A DNA stretch of 64,000 nucleotides from Mobula hypostoma (Eukaryota), in assembly GCF_963921235.1 (NCBI RefSeq), contig NC_086101.1:10852001-10916000 (forward strand). Direction: 5' to 3'. The notes beneath the pieces were generated by a model, which saw only the letters and a list, made by a program, of their open reading frames with translations, searched no databases and was not told the DNA's origin. This document shows, piece by piece, positions 25,990-37,505 of this stretch. The position numbers were made by a program, and so were the translations under genes. Position 1 is the first letter of the stretch; each line of letters opens with the position of its first letter.

Positions 25990-26350
25990 TGACCTCACCC
26001 CCATCTCCCCCTTGCCCCCTCTCTCCCCCTCTACCCCTTGCCCCCTCTACCCCTCTCAGTTCTCTCCTCCCCCTCTCTACCCCCTTCTACCCCTCCATCC
26101 CCTCTCTACCCCTCCATCACTCTCTATCACTCTCCATCCTCTCACCCCAATCACCGTCCCCCATCTCCTCCCCTCTCTCCCCCACCCTCTCTCTCCCACT
26201 ACCCCCTCTCCCCCTCTCCAACCCCTCTCACCCTTTCCCTCTCACTCTCTCCTCCCTCACTCCTCCCCCTCTCTGCCCTCCTCTCTTCCCCATCTCTCTT
26301 CTGCCCCTTCACCCTCTTCCACTCTCCCCCGGCTCTCTCCCACTTGTCCC
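25990..26350. repeat. C-rich low-complexity tract 4
   Basis: C/T-dominated, same style as tracts 1-3. Confidence 0.85.
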
Positions 26351-27228
26351 AGGATGAGGTAGCAAATTGGATTTGATATTTGCTTCATGGGAGAAGCCAG
26401 TGAGAGGTAGTAAATGATTGCCTCTCCGACTGCTGCCCTGTGACTAGTGGAGTGCTGCTGGGATCAGTGGAAGGTCCATTATTGTTTGTCTTCTGTATCA
26501 CCGATCTGGATGATAATGTGATAAACTGCAACAGCAAATTTTCAGATGACACCAAGATTGTGGGTCTGATGGACAGGGAGGAAGGCTATCAAAGCTTTCA
26601 GCAGGATGGACCAATTGGAGAAATAAGCTGAAAACAGACAAATGAACTTTCATGCAGACAAATGTCAGCTGTGGAACTTTGGAAGGACAAACCAGGGTAG
26701 ACTTGTATGGTGAGCGCTAGGGCACAAGGAACAGAAAGATTGAGGAATATTCCTTAAGTTGTGTCACAGGGTGTAAGCATAGTTTTTGGCACATTGGCCT
26801 TCATAAATTGAGTACAGGAGTTGCAATGTTGTGTTGTAAACATTGCTGAGGCCAAATCTGGGTGAAGAGCCCATGGTTGACAAGACATGTGGAACATCAG
26901 GTCAAGAGGAAGCAGGAAGTTTACTTTCAGTTTTGGGAAGCAAAGATCAGACGGCACTCTAGAGAGTTACAAGGTAGCCAGGAAGGAGCTGAAAACTGGA
27001 CTGGGCAGAGTCAGAAGACACGAAAGGGCCTTGGTGAATAGGATTAAGGAAACCCCCAAGGCATAGTATGCATACGTGATGAACAGGAGGATGACTAGCG
27101 TGAGGGTAGGATCGATCAGGGATAAAAGTGAAAACATGCCCGGAGACAGTGGAGGCTGGAAAAGTCTTTAATGAAGACTTTGCTTCAGTATTAATTACTG
27201 AGAGAGAGACAATTATTTTACTGAGAAC
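26351..27228 (+). repeat. Local duplicate of the degraded CR1 mosaic 23281-~23810 plus ~24610-24975
   Basis: Both copies share idiosyncratic decay, for example ATAAACTGCAACAGCAAATTTTCAGATG and CAGCAGGATGGACCAA. Confidence 0.75.
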
Positions 27229-27244
27229 AATTATTTTACTGAAG

Positions 27245-28262
27245 ATCTCAGGATCTACTCCATCAACTTTCCAAACCACTGAAGTAAGACTCACTGGTCC
27301 ATAATTTCCTGGGCTATCTCTACTCCCTTTCTGGAATAAGAGAACAACATCCGCAATCCTCCAATCCTCCGGAACCTCTCCCGTCCTCATTGAAGATGCA
27401 AAGACATTGCCAGAGGTCCGCAGTCTCCTCCCTCACTTCCCAAAGTAGCCTGGGGTACATCCCGTCCCGGTGACTTATCCAACTTGATGCTTTCCAAAAG
27501 CTCCAGCACACCCTCTTCCTTATTATCTACCTGCTCAAGCTTTTCAGTCTGCTGTAAGTCATCCCCACAATCGCTGAGATACTTTTCCATAGTGAATACT
27601 GAAGCAAGGTATTCATTAAGTACCTCTGCTATATCCTCCAGTTCCATACACACTTTTCCACTGTCACTCTTGATTGGTCCTATTCTCTCACGTTTTATCC
27701 TCTTGCTCTTTACATACTTGTAGAATGCCTTGGGGTTTTCCTTAATCCAGTCCAACAAGGCCCTCTCATGGACCTTTCTGGCTTTCCTAATTTCATTCCT
27801 AAGCTCCTTCCTGCTAGCCTTATAATCTTTTAGATCTCTATCATTACCTAGTTTTTCGAACATTTTGTGAGCTCTTCTTTTCTTCTTGACTAAATTTACA
27901 ACAGCCTTTATACACCACGGTTCCTGTCCCCTACCATCCTTTCCCTGTCTCATTGGAACGTACCTATGCAGAGCTCCATGCAAATATCCCCTGAACATTT
28001 GCCACATTTCTTCTGTACCTTTCCCTGAGAACGTCTGTTTCCAATTTATGCTTCCAAGTTCCTGCCTGATAGCCTCATGTTTCCCCTTACTCCAACTAAA
28101 TGTTTCCCTAACTTGTCTGTTCCTATCTCTCTCCAATACTATGGTAAAGGAGATAGAATTGTGATCAGTATCTCCAAAATGCTCTCCCACTGACAGACCA
28201 GGAATCTCACCAGGTTCACTTCCCAATACCAGATCAAGTACAGCCTCTCCTCTTGTAGGAAT
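27245..28262 (-). mobile_element. CR1 ORF2 fragment (EN end, linker, RT start)
   Basis: ORF 27387-28271 PTRGEAVLDLVL...KENPKAFYKY; VPEDWRIADVV. Confidence 0.9.
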
Positions 28263-28720
28263 CTTCATCAACTGGATCAGTGGGCCACTGAATGGCAGAT
28301 GAATTTTATTTCAGAGACATGTGGGTTTTGGAAAGGCAAACCAAGACAGAATTTACAGAGGAATCAGTGGGTCCCTGGAGAGTGTTGTGGAACAGGAGAC
28401 CAGGAGGTGATTGCCTTCATCCATCAGAATACTGAGTGCTGGAGCTGGGACATCACACTACGTGTGTACAAGACATTGGGAAGGCCACATTTGGAGCAAT
28501 GTGGTTACCTTCCAAAAGGAAGGCTGTCATTAAACCAAGAGGGAATATAACAGATTTACAAGGACTGGAGGGCTTGGTTTACAAGGAGAAGCTGGGACTT
28601 TCCCTGGAGCTTCAGAGGCTGCCAGAGGAAGTTTAAAGGAACAAATGGGTACACAGGCAAGAGGGAATAGCTCATTGAAGCAAGTTGGTCAGGATGAATG
28701 AATTTCGGCCGAACAGCCTC
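28262..28720 (+). mobile_element. Highly degraded CR1 3' fragment
   Basis: VYKTLGRPHLE remnant and a CR1-like 3' UTR. Confidence 0.6.
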
Positions 28721-29141
28721 CCAAACCTCCTCTATAAATGCCTCCAGTTTTTACTCACACAGCCCTCATCTGGATCCAGTCGTAGCTCCACTCCCTCCTC
28801 ACACCCGTTTCCACTGGCTATTCCCTCCTTCTTTCCATTCTTGATGCTGGCTTTCGGCCTCAGACATCAACTGTCTATCTCCCTCCACAGATGCTGCTTG
28901 ACCTGGTGAGTTCCTCCAGAATTTTGTGATCTGGAAAACTCCGCTCACCATCCTAGTGGAAAATCTTCGGAAAGATGCTGTTTGTCTGTCCGTTATGGTT
29001 GGGTTAAACCCCGGGAAAGGTTTCCATCAGCCACCCGAATGTGCCTGAGGCCTAGCGGCCTCTCCACAAGTCCCAGGGCCGCGCTGCCCGAGTCTCCCCT
29101 CGATTCCCGGGGACTCTCTAATTCTCTGATTCTCCCCCCAG

Positions 29142-29695
29142 TCTCTGTCACCCTGGATGTGGAAACAGCCAGTCCATCTCTCAAGGTGTCTGAGGATCGG
29201 AAGAGTGTGAGATGGGCCGGGACCTGGAGGGATCTCCCTGACACCGGGAAGAGGTTCACAAACTGGGAATGTGTGCTGGGATCGGAGGGATTCACATCGG
29301 GGAGACATTACTGGGAGGTGGAGGTGACGGGGAATCGGCACTGGAGTCTGGGAGTCGCCGCAGAATCTGTGGAGAGGAAGAGATCGATCGGAACTACTCC
29401 TGAGTGTGGATTCTGGATCATCAGGCGGCGTGATGATGTGATGAAGGTTTACACCTCCCCTGAATCCCCTCTCCTTGCCGGTCCCATCCCCAGGAGGGTG
29501 GGAGTTTATCTCAGTTACGAGTCCGGGACAGTTTCATTTTACAACGCGGAGACCAAGTCCCATCTCCACACCTTCACTGGGAATAAGTTCACGGAGAAAC
29601 TGCATCCTTTCTTGGAGACTTGGGATAAAAACCAGTGGCTCAGAATCTGTTCCGGGACTGTAAACGGGACTGACGTCAGGAGTAAGTCAGTGTAA
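29142..29695 (+). CDS. Butyrophilin-like gene, terminal exon encoding a B30.2 (PRY-SPRY) domain
   Basis: Acceptor ttctctgattctccccccAG (29140-29141), phase 1. Encodes VSVTLDVETASPSLKVSEDRKSV, CVLGSEGFTSGRHYWEVEV, WSLGV, RVGVYLSYESGTVSFYN, LHPF; open to TAA at 29693-29695. Confidence 0.93.
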
Positions 29696-29716
29696 ATATA
29701 AATGTGCGGAGAGTGA

Positions 29717-29722
29717 AATAAA
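29717..29722 (+). promoter_or_regulatory. Candidate polyadenylation signal
   Basis: AATAAA about 21 nt after the stop codon. Confidence 0.55.
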
Positions 29723-30204
29723 CATGATGTGAGAATTATCGATCCATTAATTTTAACTCTTTCACCGCATCCGTTAACGGAACAGAAACACCGCGGATTC
29801 AGCAGCAGCCGCGGGCGGCGGGTCCTGAGCTCCCCGGCTCCCCCGGGTGCTAAAGTCCACTGGGACTGACCGGGTAACTGGGACAAGTGGTGGTGGTGCT
29901 GACTGGAAAAGGGAGGTCAGGGTGAATCTTGGGAAACGGGACAGGGACCGGTGGTAACACACAAAGTGCCAAAGAATCGGTACAGAAAGGTGGAAGGAAG
30001 GGGGAGTAAAAGCTGACAGCTGATCCGGATGAGGGAGGGGTGGAGTGTGGAAATGTGTCAGAAGCTGGAAGGTGAGAGGTGGTGGAGACAAAGATGATGG
30101 AATCTGGTCGGAGAGGGAAGTGGAGACTGGAATAAAGGGAGGGAGGTGGGGAGGAGCGTGTGGGGGATGTGAAGATGGAGAGGGTGGGAAAGAAAATGGC
30201 CACA

Positions 30205-31895
30205 AGCTTCCTGTGGGATTATCATTGTGGAATTGGGTTCCTATTCCCTTAATCTTCCTGGTGGCCTCTAGGATGTGATCTGTGAAGTGAGTTCTGTTGT
30301 CCTGATTCATCTCGTACGTACGTGCAGCATTCTTGTCCAATCTGGGCACACATGGTTCCTTTCTCGGATAAAACAAAGTCCAAAGCTGTTTGGATTTGCA
30401 ATGCCACTGTACGGACCAGCACCAATTCTGCCGACAATTTAAATATTGCTTATTGGCTTGGATCGAGAGCACATGCAGTTTAATTTACTAACTTTTCCAG
30501 TGCTGATGTCATGTTAATCAGTTCCTGTGCTGCTTTACCAGCTCCCGAGGCAAGTGTTACATTCTCCAGAGACAACACCAAGTCATTTTTACCCTGGGTT
30601 TATTGTCTTACAGAGGTATACACCACCCTCTGAAACACTGGTTGTTTCCAAATTTACATCCCCATCCCCAGTGACATTCTGGCCATCCGATAAGGGGATG
30701 AAGGGTCTATGTTTCTGAGTCCCATCGTCATTGTACCAGAAATACCCTGTGCTGAGGGCTTGGGCCAATTAAAGTCACAGTTCATCTTTGTTTCAGTGAA
30801 GGACACATCCATTTCTACATGTGCTGGGACAGCTGTACACACCCAGCAGCTTGAGTGTTCGTGGTGGGGAAAGGACACGATCTAATCCGACTGCCATGGG
30901 TAGGCACCATTTTACAGTGAGAGGTGTGAATCCATATGACGGTTTGTCTCTTACCTTGATGGCTGTGTTAGTGACCAGCAAAACCTGAAATGATGCTTCA
31001 AATTGAGGTTCCAAACAGTTCTTTCTTTTAAATGCCCACACCAACACGTAGTCTCCAGGTTCAATGTCGTGGCATTTAGGGCCCAAACGACTGGTTTCTG
31101 GGTTTCTTTCAGCTGTTGATGATATTTAGTGATGCTTTTTGTCAAGGCAATGCAATGATTCAACATGCTCTCATCCAGGTCGTGTACCTGCATTTGTTTA
31201 ATTCCTGATGGTGCATCAGATGGCAGGCACAGGGGCTGTTCCGTTGTGATTTCATGTGGAGACAGCCCAGTGGTTCTATTAGCAGTGGCTCGACTAGTTA
31301 TCAGAACCAAAGGCAGTAGCTGATTCCACTTCAGTCCAATTTCCTCACGCATTTCGTTAAGTTTGTTCTAATTGTTTCGTTCATCCTTTCCACTCGGCCC
31401 GTTGACTGAGGATGGTAGTTACATTGGAAATGTTGATCCTCCTGTAAACTAAATTAAAGGCATCCGTTAGTCTTGCGAGACCATGGATCTGCACCTGGAA
31501 AGTCTTCACTCTCCAGGGCGCAGGCTTGAGCAAGGTTGTATGGAAGGCCAGCAGTTGCCCATGCTGCAAGTCTCCCCTCTCCACGACACCAATGTTGTCC
31601 AAGGCAAGCCATTAGGACCCACACAGCTTGGCACCAGTGTCACCGCAGAGCACTGTGTGATTAAGTGCCTTGCTCAAGGACACAACATGTTGCCTTGGCT
31701 GGGACTCAAACTCACGACCTTCAGGTTGATAGTCAAATGCCTTAACCACTTGGCCACGTGCCCACAAATCCTCCTGTAAGGCTTGCGTGTTTCTTTAATT
31801 CCGTTACCAGTGAAATGGGTACTGTTGTCGCTGCAGAGTTTCCAAAAGACCCCAAATTGTGGGATTATCTCTTTTAACAAACATCTTGCTACATT
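30205..31895 (-). mobile_element. Endogenous retrovirus remnant (integrase core/CTD plus internally deleted gamma-type env)
   Basis: IN: LLKEIIPQFG, SDNSTHFTG, HPQS.G.VER, W..LLPLVL, TGLSPHEI, GDYVLV..K. Env: SU CWVC; TM immunosuppressive-like LQIQTALDFVL and CX6CC (CAQIGQECC). Confidence 0.85.
31448..31767 (-). mobile_element. tRNA-derived SINE inserted in the ERV integrase, 12-bp TSD
   Basis: ATCCTCCTGTAA at 31436-31447 and 31768-31779; A-box TGGCCAAGTGG and B-box-like GAGTTTGAGTCC on the minus strand. Confidence 0.85.
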
Positions 31896-32229
31896 TTGAA
31901 ACTCCTCCATTCACCCTCCACTCATCCTTTCTCGCACACTTTCTTCACTGCCTTGTATAATTGACGTAGAATCTAACTTTTCTGCTGTTGTCTGTGCTTG
32001 CGATGCTGTTGCAAGCAAGTTTTCCATTGTAACGCATGAGCCACTGGGCGGTGGTTGTGGTGGGGGGTGATGTCTGGGTTCCTACCGGGTGTGGTGGGGA
32101 GCTGTCAGGCACCATCTATGGAGGGTGATGGACAATCGACATTTCCCCCTCGAAACTCTTACTCCGTACAGTCTGTTTCCCTCCACAGATGCTGCCTGGC
32201 CCGCTGAATTTCCTCAAGCATTTTGTGTG

Positions 32230-32930
32230 CATTGGTCAAGATCTTTCAAGAATCACTTGATTCTGAGCGAGGATGGCAAAATAAATGAAATTATAGGCCG
32301 GTTAACCTAACCTCAGTGGTTGGGAAAGTGTTGGAGTCTATTATTAAGGAGAAGGTTTTCGGGTACTTGGAGACTAATGATAAAAATAAATCAGGGTGCG
32401 CTTGGAGTATTAGCAACAGTTTTTGGTCACACATCTCAGAACAGATGTGTTGTGATTAGAGAGAGTCCAGAGGAGGTTCAAAAGCATGATTCCTGTAATG
32501 AAGGGGTTAACATATGAGGAGCTTTTGGCAGCTTTGGACCTGTACTCACTGGAATTTAGAAGAATGCGTGGGGATCTCATTGAAATCTACTGAATGCTGA
32601 TAGGACTACAAAAGGTGGATATGGGTGGATGTTTGCAGAACCAGTGGGCGCAGCTGAACAATTGAGGGGCAACCTTTTCGAACAGAGGTAGGAAGGATTT
32701 TTTTAGCCAGAAGGTAGAGAGTCTGTGGAACGTTCTGCACAGACTGCGAAGGAGGCCAAGGTCGTGGGTATATTCAGAGCAGAAGTTCATTGTTTCCTGA
32801 TTGATCAGGGCATCAAAGGATATGGTGAGAAGGCAGGTGTATGTGGTTGAGTTGGATCTGGGATCAGCCATGATGGAGCAGGGTTGATGGGCTGAATGGC
32901 CGAGCTCAGCTCCTATCTCTAATGGTCTAG
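32230..32930 (+). mobile_element. Degraded, internally deleted CR1
   Basis: NYRP.NLTSVVGK remnant joined to a CR1 3' UTR. Confidence 0.7.
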
Positions 32931-33109
32931 GTGTGTTGCTCTGGATTCCAGCATCTGCAGCCTCTCGTGTCTCCAGACTGTAACTGTGTCCTGTACACGA
33001 GGATAAGTTCGACACGACTTGACTTGAACATTTCTTCAATTACATGACACCTTTCTCTCCTACCCCCACGTCTCTCAATGAAATCAAAATCCCTCACTCC
33101 TGCAAGCTT

Positions 33110-33545
33110 CTACAGATGTCCCGTAGACAGCATTCACACTGGCTACATAACTGGTGTGGCGGTGCTGATGCCCAGGATCGGAAATCATTACAGAGGGTTG
33201 GAAACTCAGCTCCATTATGGGCACCAGCCTCCCCACCATCGAGGTATTCTTCTAAAGAGAATTCCTCGAAAATGTGGAGACCATCATTAAAATCCTCGCC
33301 AGGCAGGACTACCTTCTTCTCTCTGAAACCATCAGGGAGGGGTACAGGATCCTGAACCCACACACTCAATGTTTCAGGAACACCTTGTTTTTTCTGCCAT
33401 CAGATTTCTGAATGGACCATCAACAGTACCACACTAATTTGCACCATGTAACTTGTAAAATTATTTACTGCACTGTCTTGCTGCCGCAAAACAATAAGTT
33501 TCACAACATATGTCAGTGATAATAAACCTGATTCCGATTCCAATT
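33110..33545 (+). mobile_element. Rex/Babar-like LINE 3' end
   Basis: AQDRKSLQRV and FSLKPSGR remnants; ends AATAAACCTGATTCCGATTC. Confidence 0.65.
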
Positions 33546-33634
33546 CTTGACCAACACTGGGAAATCCTGTCTTCTTAAAGTGCAGTGCCCAGAATGGGAG
33601 CCAAGCCTCTATCGCTCAATTGTGGAGATGTTCC

Positions 33635-33665
33635 TGTAGTTTGTAATTTCCCCTCTAGGGGGCGA
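33635..33665 (+). promoter_or_regulatory. CTCF-like site with upstream motif
   Basis: TGTAGTTTG, 8-bp spacer, then CCTCTAGGGGGCGA (close to CCASYAGRKGGCRS). Confidence 0.55.
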
Positions 33666-33879
33666 CCTGCCATAGTTCCTGTTTCTAGCTTTTGCTCTCA
33701 GCTGCGCTTCCTTCCTCTTTCAGAAGCGATATCACTCTTGTCTTCCCCACCTCCACCTCACGCACAGTACTAATCTATTTTTCTCTTGTCTTCTGTCTCA
33801 CCTAATAACTTGGCATTCTAGTTGTTAATCATTACTATTCCTTGTGTGGGTCTAATCACACACTACTGTAATTCTATCC

Positions 33880-36800
33880 CATAGAACCATAGAACATTAC
33901 AGCACAGAAACAGGCCTTTTGGCACTTCTTGGCTGTGCCAAACCATTTTTCTGCTTAGTCCCACTGACCTGCACCTGGACCACATCCCTCCGTACACCTC
34001 TCATCCATGCACCTGTCCAAGGTTTTCTTAAATATTAAAAGTGAGCCTGCATTTGCCACTTCATCTGGCAACTCATTCTACACTCCCACCACTCTCTGTA
34101 TGAAGAAGGCCCCCCCATGTTCCGTTTAAACTTTACCCCCTTCACCCTTAACCCATGTCCTCTTTTTTTTCTTCTCTAGCGTCAGTGGAAAAAGCCTGCT
34201 TGCATTCACACTATCTATACCCATCATAATTTTATATACCTTTATCAAATCTCCCATCATTCTTCCACGCTCCAGGGAATAAAGTCCGAAACTATTCAAC
34301 CTTTCTCTGTAACTCAGTCCCTCAAGTCCCGGCAACATCATTGTAAACCTTCTCTGCACTCTTACAACCTTATTAATATCCTTCTTGTAATTTGGTGATC
34401 AAAACTGCACACAATACTCCAAATCTGGCCTCACCAATGCCTTATACAACCTCGCCATAACATTCCAACTCTTATACTCAATACTTTGATTTATAAAGGC
34501 CAATGTACCAAAAGCTCTCTTTACGACCTTTCCTACTTGTGACGCCACTTTTAGGGAATTTTGTATCTGTATTCCCAGATCCTTCTGTTCTACTGCACTC
34601 CTCAGTGCCTTACCATTAACCCTGTATGTTCTACCTTGGTCTGTCCTTCCAAAGTGTAATACCTCACACTTGTCTGTATTAAACTCCATCTGCCGTTTCT
34701 CAACCCATTTTTCCAGCTGTCCAAATCCCTCTGCAAGCTTTGAAAACCTTCCTCACTGTCCACTACACCTCCAATCTTTGTATCATCAGCAAATCTGCTG
34801 ATCCAATTTACCACATTATCATCCAGATCATTGATATAGATGACAAATAACAATGGACCCAGCACTACACCACTAGTCACAGGCCTCCATTCAGAGAAGC
34901 AATCCTCCACTACCACTCTCTGGCTTCTTCCACTGAGCCCATGTCTAATCCAACTTACTACCTCTCCGTGTATACCTAGCGACTGAATCTTCCTAACTAA
35001 CCTCCCATGCGGGACCTTGTCAAAGGCCTTACTGAAGTCCATATAGACAACATCCATTGCCTTCCCTTCATCCAATTTCCTGGTAACTTCTTTGAAAAAC
35101 TCTAATAGATTTGTTAAACATGACCTACCACGCACAAAACCATGTTGACTCTCCCTAATAAGTCCCTGACTATTCAAATACTTGTAGATCCTATCTCTCA
35201 GTACTCCTTCCAATAATTTACCTACTACCGACGTCAAATTTACTGGCCTATAATTTCCCAGATTACTTTTGGAGTCTTTTTTATACAACGGAACAGCATG
35301 AGCTCCAATCCTCCAGCACCTCACCCGTAGATACCGACATTTTAAATATATCTGCCAGGGCCCCTGCAATTTCAACACTCGTCTCCTTCAAGGTCTGAGG
35401 GAGTACCCTGTCAGGTCCTGGGGATTTATCTGCTGTGATTTGCCTCAAGATAGCAAGCACCTCCTCCTCCTCAATCTGTACAGTTTCCATGATCTCACTA
35501 CTTGTTTGCCTTCTTTCCATTGACTCCGTGCCAGTTTCCTTACTACATACAGACGCAAAAAAAAAAACATTTAAGATCTCCCCCATTTCTTTTAGTTCCA
35601 TACATGGCCGACCAATCTGATCTTCAAGAGGACCAATGTTATCCCATACTATTCCTTTTGCTCTTAATATACCTGTTGAAGCTCTTTGGATTATCCTTCA
35701 CCTTGACTGCCAAAGCAACCTCATGTCTTCTTTTAGCCCTCCTTATTTCTTTCTTAAGTATTTTTTGCACTTTTTATACTCCTCAAGCAACTTATTTGCT
35801 CCCTGTTTCCTATACATGTCATACATCTCTCTCTACTTCTTTATCAGTGTTCCAATATTCCTTGAGAACCAAGGTTCCTTATTTTTATTCACTTTGCCTT
35901 TAATCCTGACAGGAACATACAAACTCTGCACTGCCCAAATTTCTCCTTTGAAGGCTTCCCACTTACCAATCACATCCTTGCCAAAGAACAACCTGTCCCA
36001 ATCCACATTTTTTCAATCCTTTCTCATTTCTTCAAATTTGGCCTTTTTCCAGTTTAGAAACTCAACCCGAGGACCAGATCTATCTTTATCCATGATCAAG
36101 TTGAAACTAATGGTGTTATGATCACTGGAACCAAAGTGTTCCCCTACACACACTTCTGTCACCTGTCCTAACTTGTTTCCTAATAGGAGATCTAACATTG
36201 CCTCCTCTCTAGTTGGTAACTCTATACATTGATATAGAAAACTTTCCTGAACACATTTTATAAACTCTAACCTGTCTAGACCTTTAACAGTATGGGTGTC
36301 CCAATTAATATAAGGAAAATTAAAATCCCCTCCTAGCACAACTTTATTTTTCCTGCAGTTGTCTGCTATCTCTCTGCAGATTTGCTCCTCCAATTCTCGC
36401 TGACTGTTGGGTGGTCTATAATACAACCCCATTAATGTGGTCATACCTTTCCTGTTTCTCAGCTCCACCCATATGGCCTCGGTAGACAAGCACTCTGATC
36501 TGTCCTGCCTGAGCACTGCTGTGACATTTTCCGACTAGTAATGCCACGCCACCCCCCACCCCTGTGCCCACCACCCTTCATTCCTCTGCCTCTGTCACGC
36601 CTAAAACATCGGAACGCTGCAATATTAAGCTGCCAGTCCTGCCCCTCCTGTAGCCATGTTTCACTAATGGCTATAATGTCGTAATTCCATGTGTCAATCC
36701 ACGCCCTCAGCTCATCAGCCTTCCCCGCAATATTCCTTGCATTGAAATAGACACTCCTCAGAAGATTATCTCCACCACACACAACCTTTCTATTTGTGAC

Positions 36801-37205
36801 TTTGCTTGAACTTTTAACATCATTTATTTTCACCCCCGCTCCACTATCTGCTCTGGCACTCTGGTTCCCATCCCCCTGCAAATCTAGTTTAAACCCTCCC
36901 CAATAGGACTAACAAACCTCCCTGCAAGGATATTGGTCCCCTTGTAGTATAGGTGTAACCCGTCTCTCTTGTACAGGTCCCACCTGCCCCAGAAGAGGTC
37001 CCAATGATCCTGAAATTTGAAACCCTGCCCCCTACACCAGTTTCTGAGCCATGTGTTCATCAGCCAGAGCATCCTATTCCTACCCTCACTGGCATGTGGC
37101 ACTGGTAGCAATCCACCCTCGAAGTCCTGCTTTTCAACTTCCTACCAAGCTCTCTATACTCACTCTTCAGGACCTCCTCATTCTTTCTTCCTAGGTCATT
37201 GGTAC
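33880..37205 (-). mobile_element. CR1 LINE: ORF1 C-terminus (SGNH-like) plus broken ORF2 and 3' tail
   Basis: DGLHL (ORF1); FNARNI, ETW, YYRPP, FADD, YCVQF; tail TTCTATGGTTCTATG at about 33880-33895. Confidence 0.93.
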
Positions 37206-37206
37206 C

Positions 37207-37505
37207 GATGTGTACATCGAAACATACAGTGAAATGGGTCGCTGTGCGTTAATCACCTACACAGTCTGAGGATTGTGCCGGGGGCAGCCCGCAAATGTCG
37301 ACGCACTTCTGGCGCCAACGTAGCATGCCCGAAACTTACTAACCCTAACCTATACATCTTTGGAATTTCGGAGGAAACCGGAGCATCCGGAGGAAACCCA
37401 CGCAGCCAAAGGAAGAATATGCAAAATTAAAGACAGCAGCGGGAACTGAGACCGAGTCACTGGCGCTGTAATAGCGTTACGCTAACTGTTGGGCTACCAT
37501 GCCAC
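37207..37505 (-). mobile_element. V-domain (HE1-like) SINE
   Basis: Minus strand GCGTGGGTTTCCTCCGGATGCTCCGGTTTCCTCC...TCCAAAGA; tail TTTCACTGTATGTTTCGATGTACA. Confidence 0.8.

Noticed and set aside
28982..29141. N-terminal part of the 237-aa ORF as a single-exon gene start
   Set aside because: It starts at a non-ATG codon and precedes a good splice acceptor at 29140-29141; it is intron read-through.
29684..29695. C-terminal SKSV as a PDZ-binding motif
   Set aside because: The -2 residue is K, so it does not fit the class I S/T-X-V consensus.
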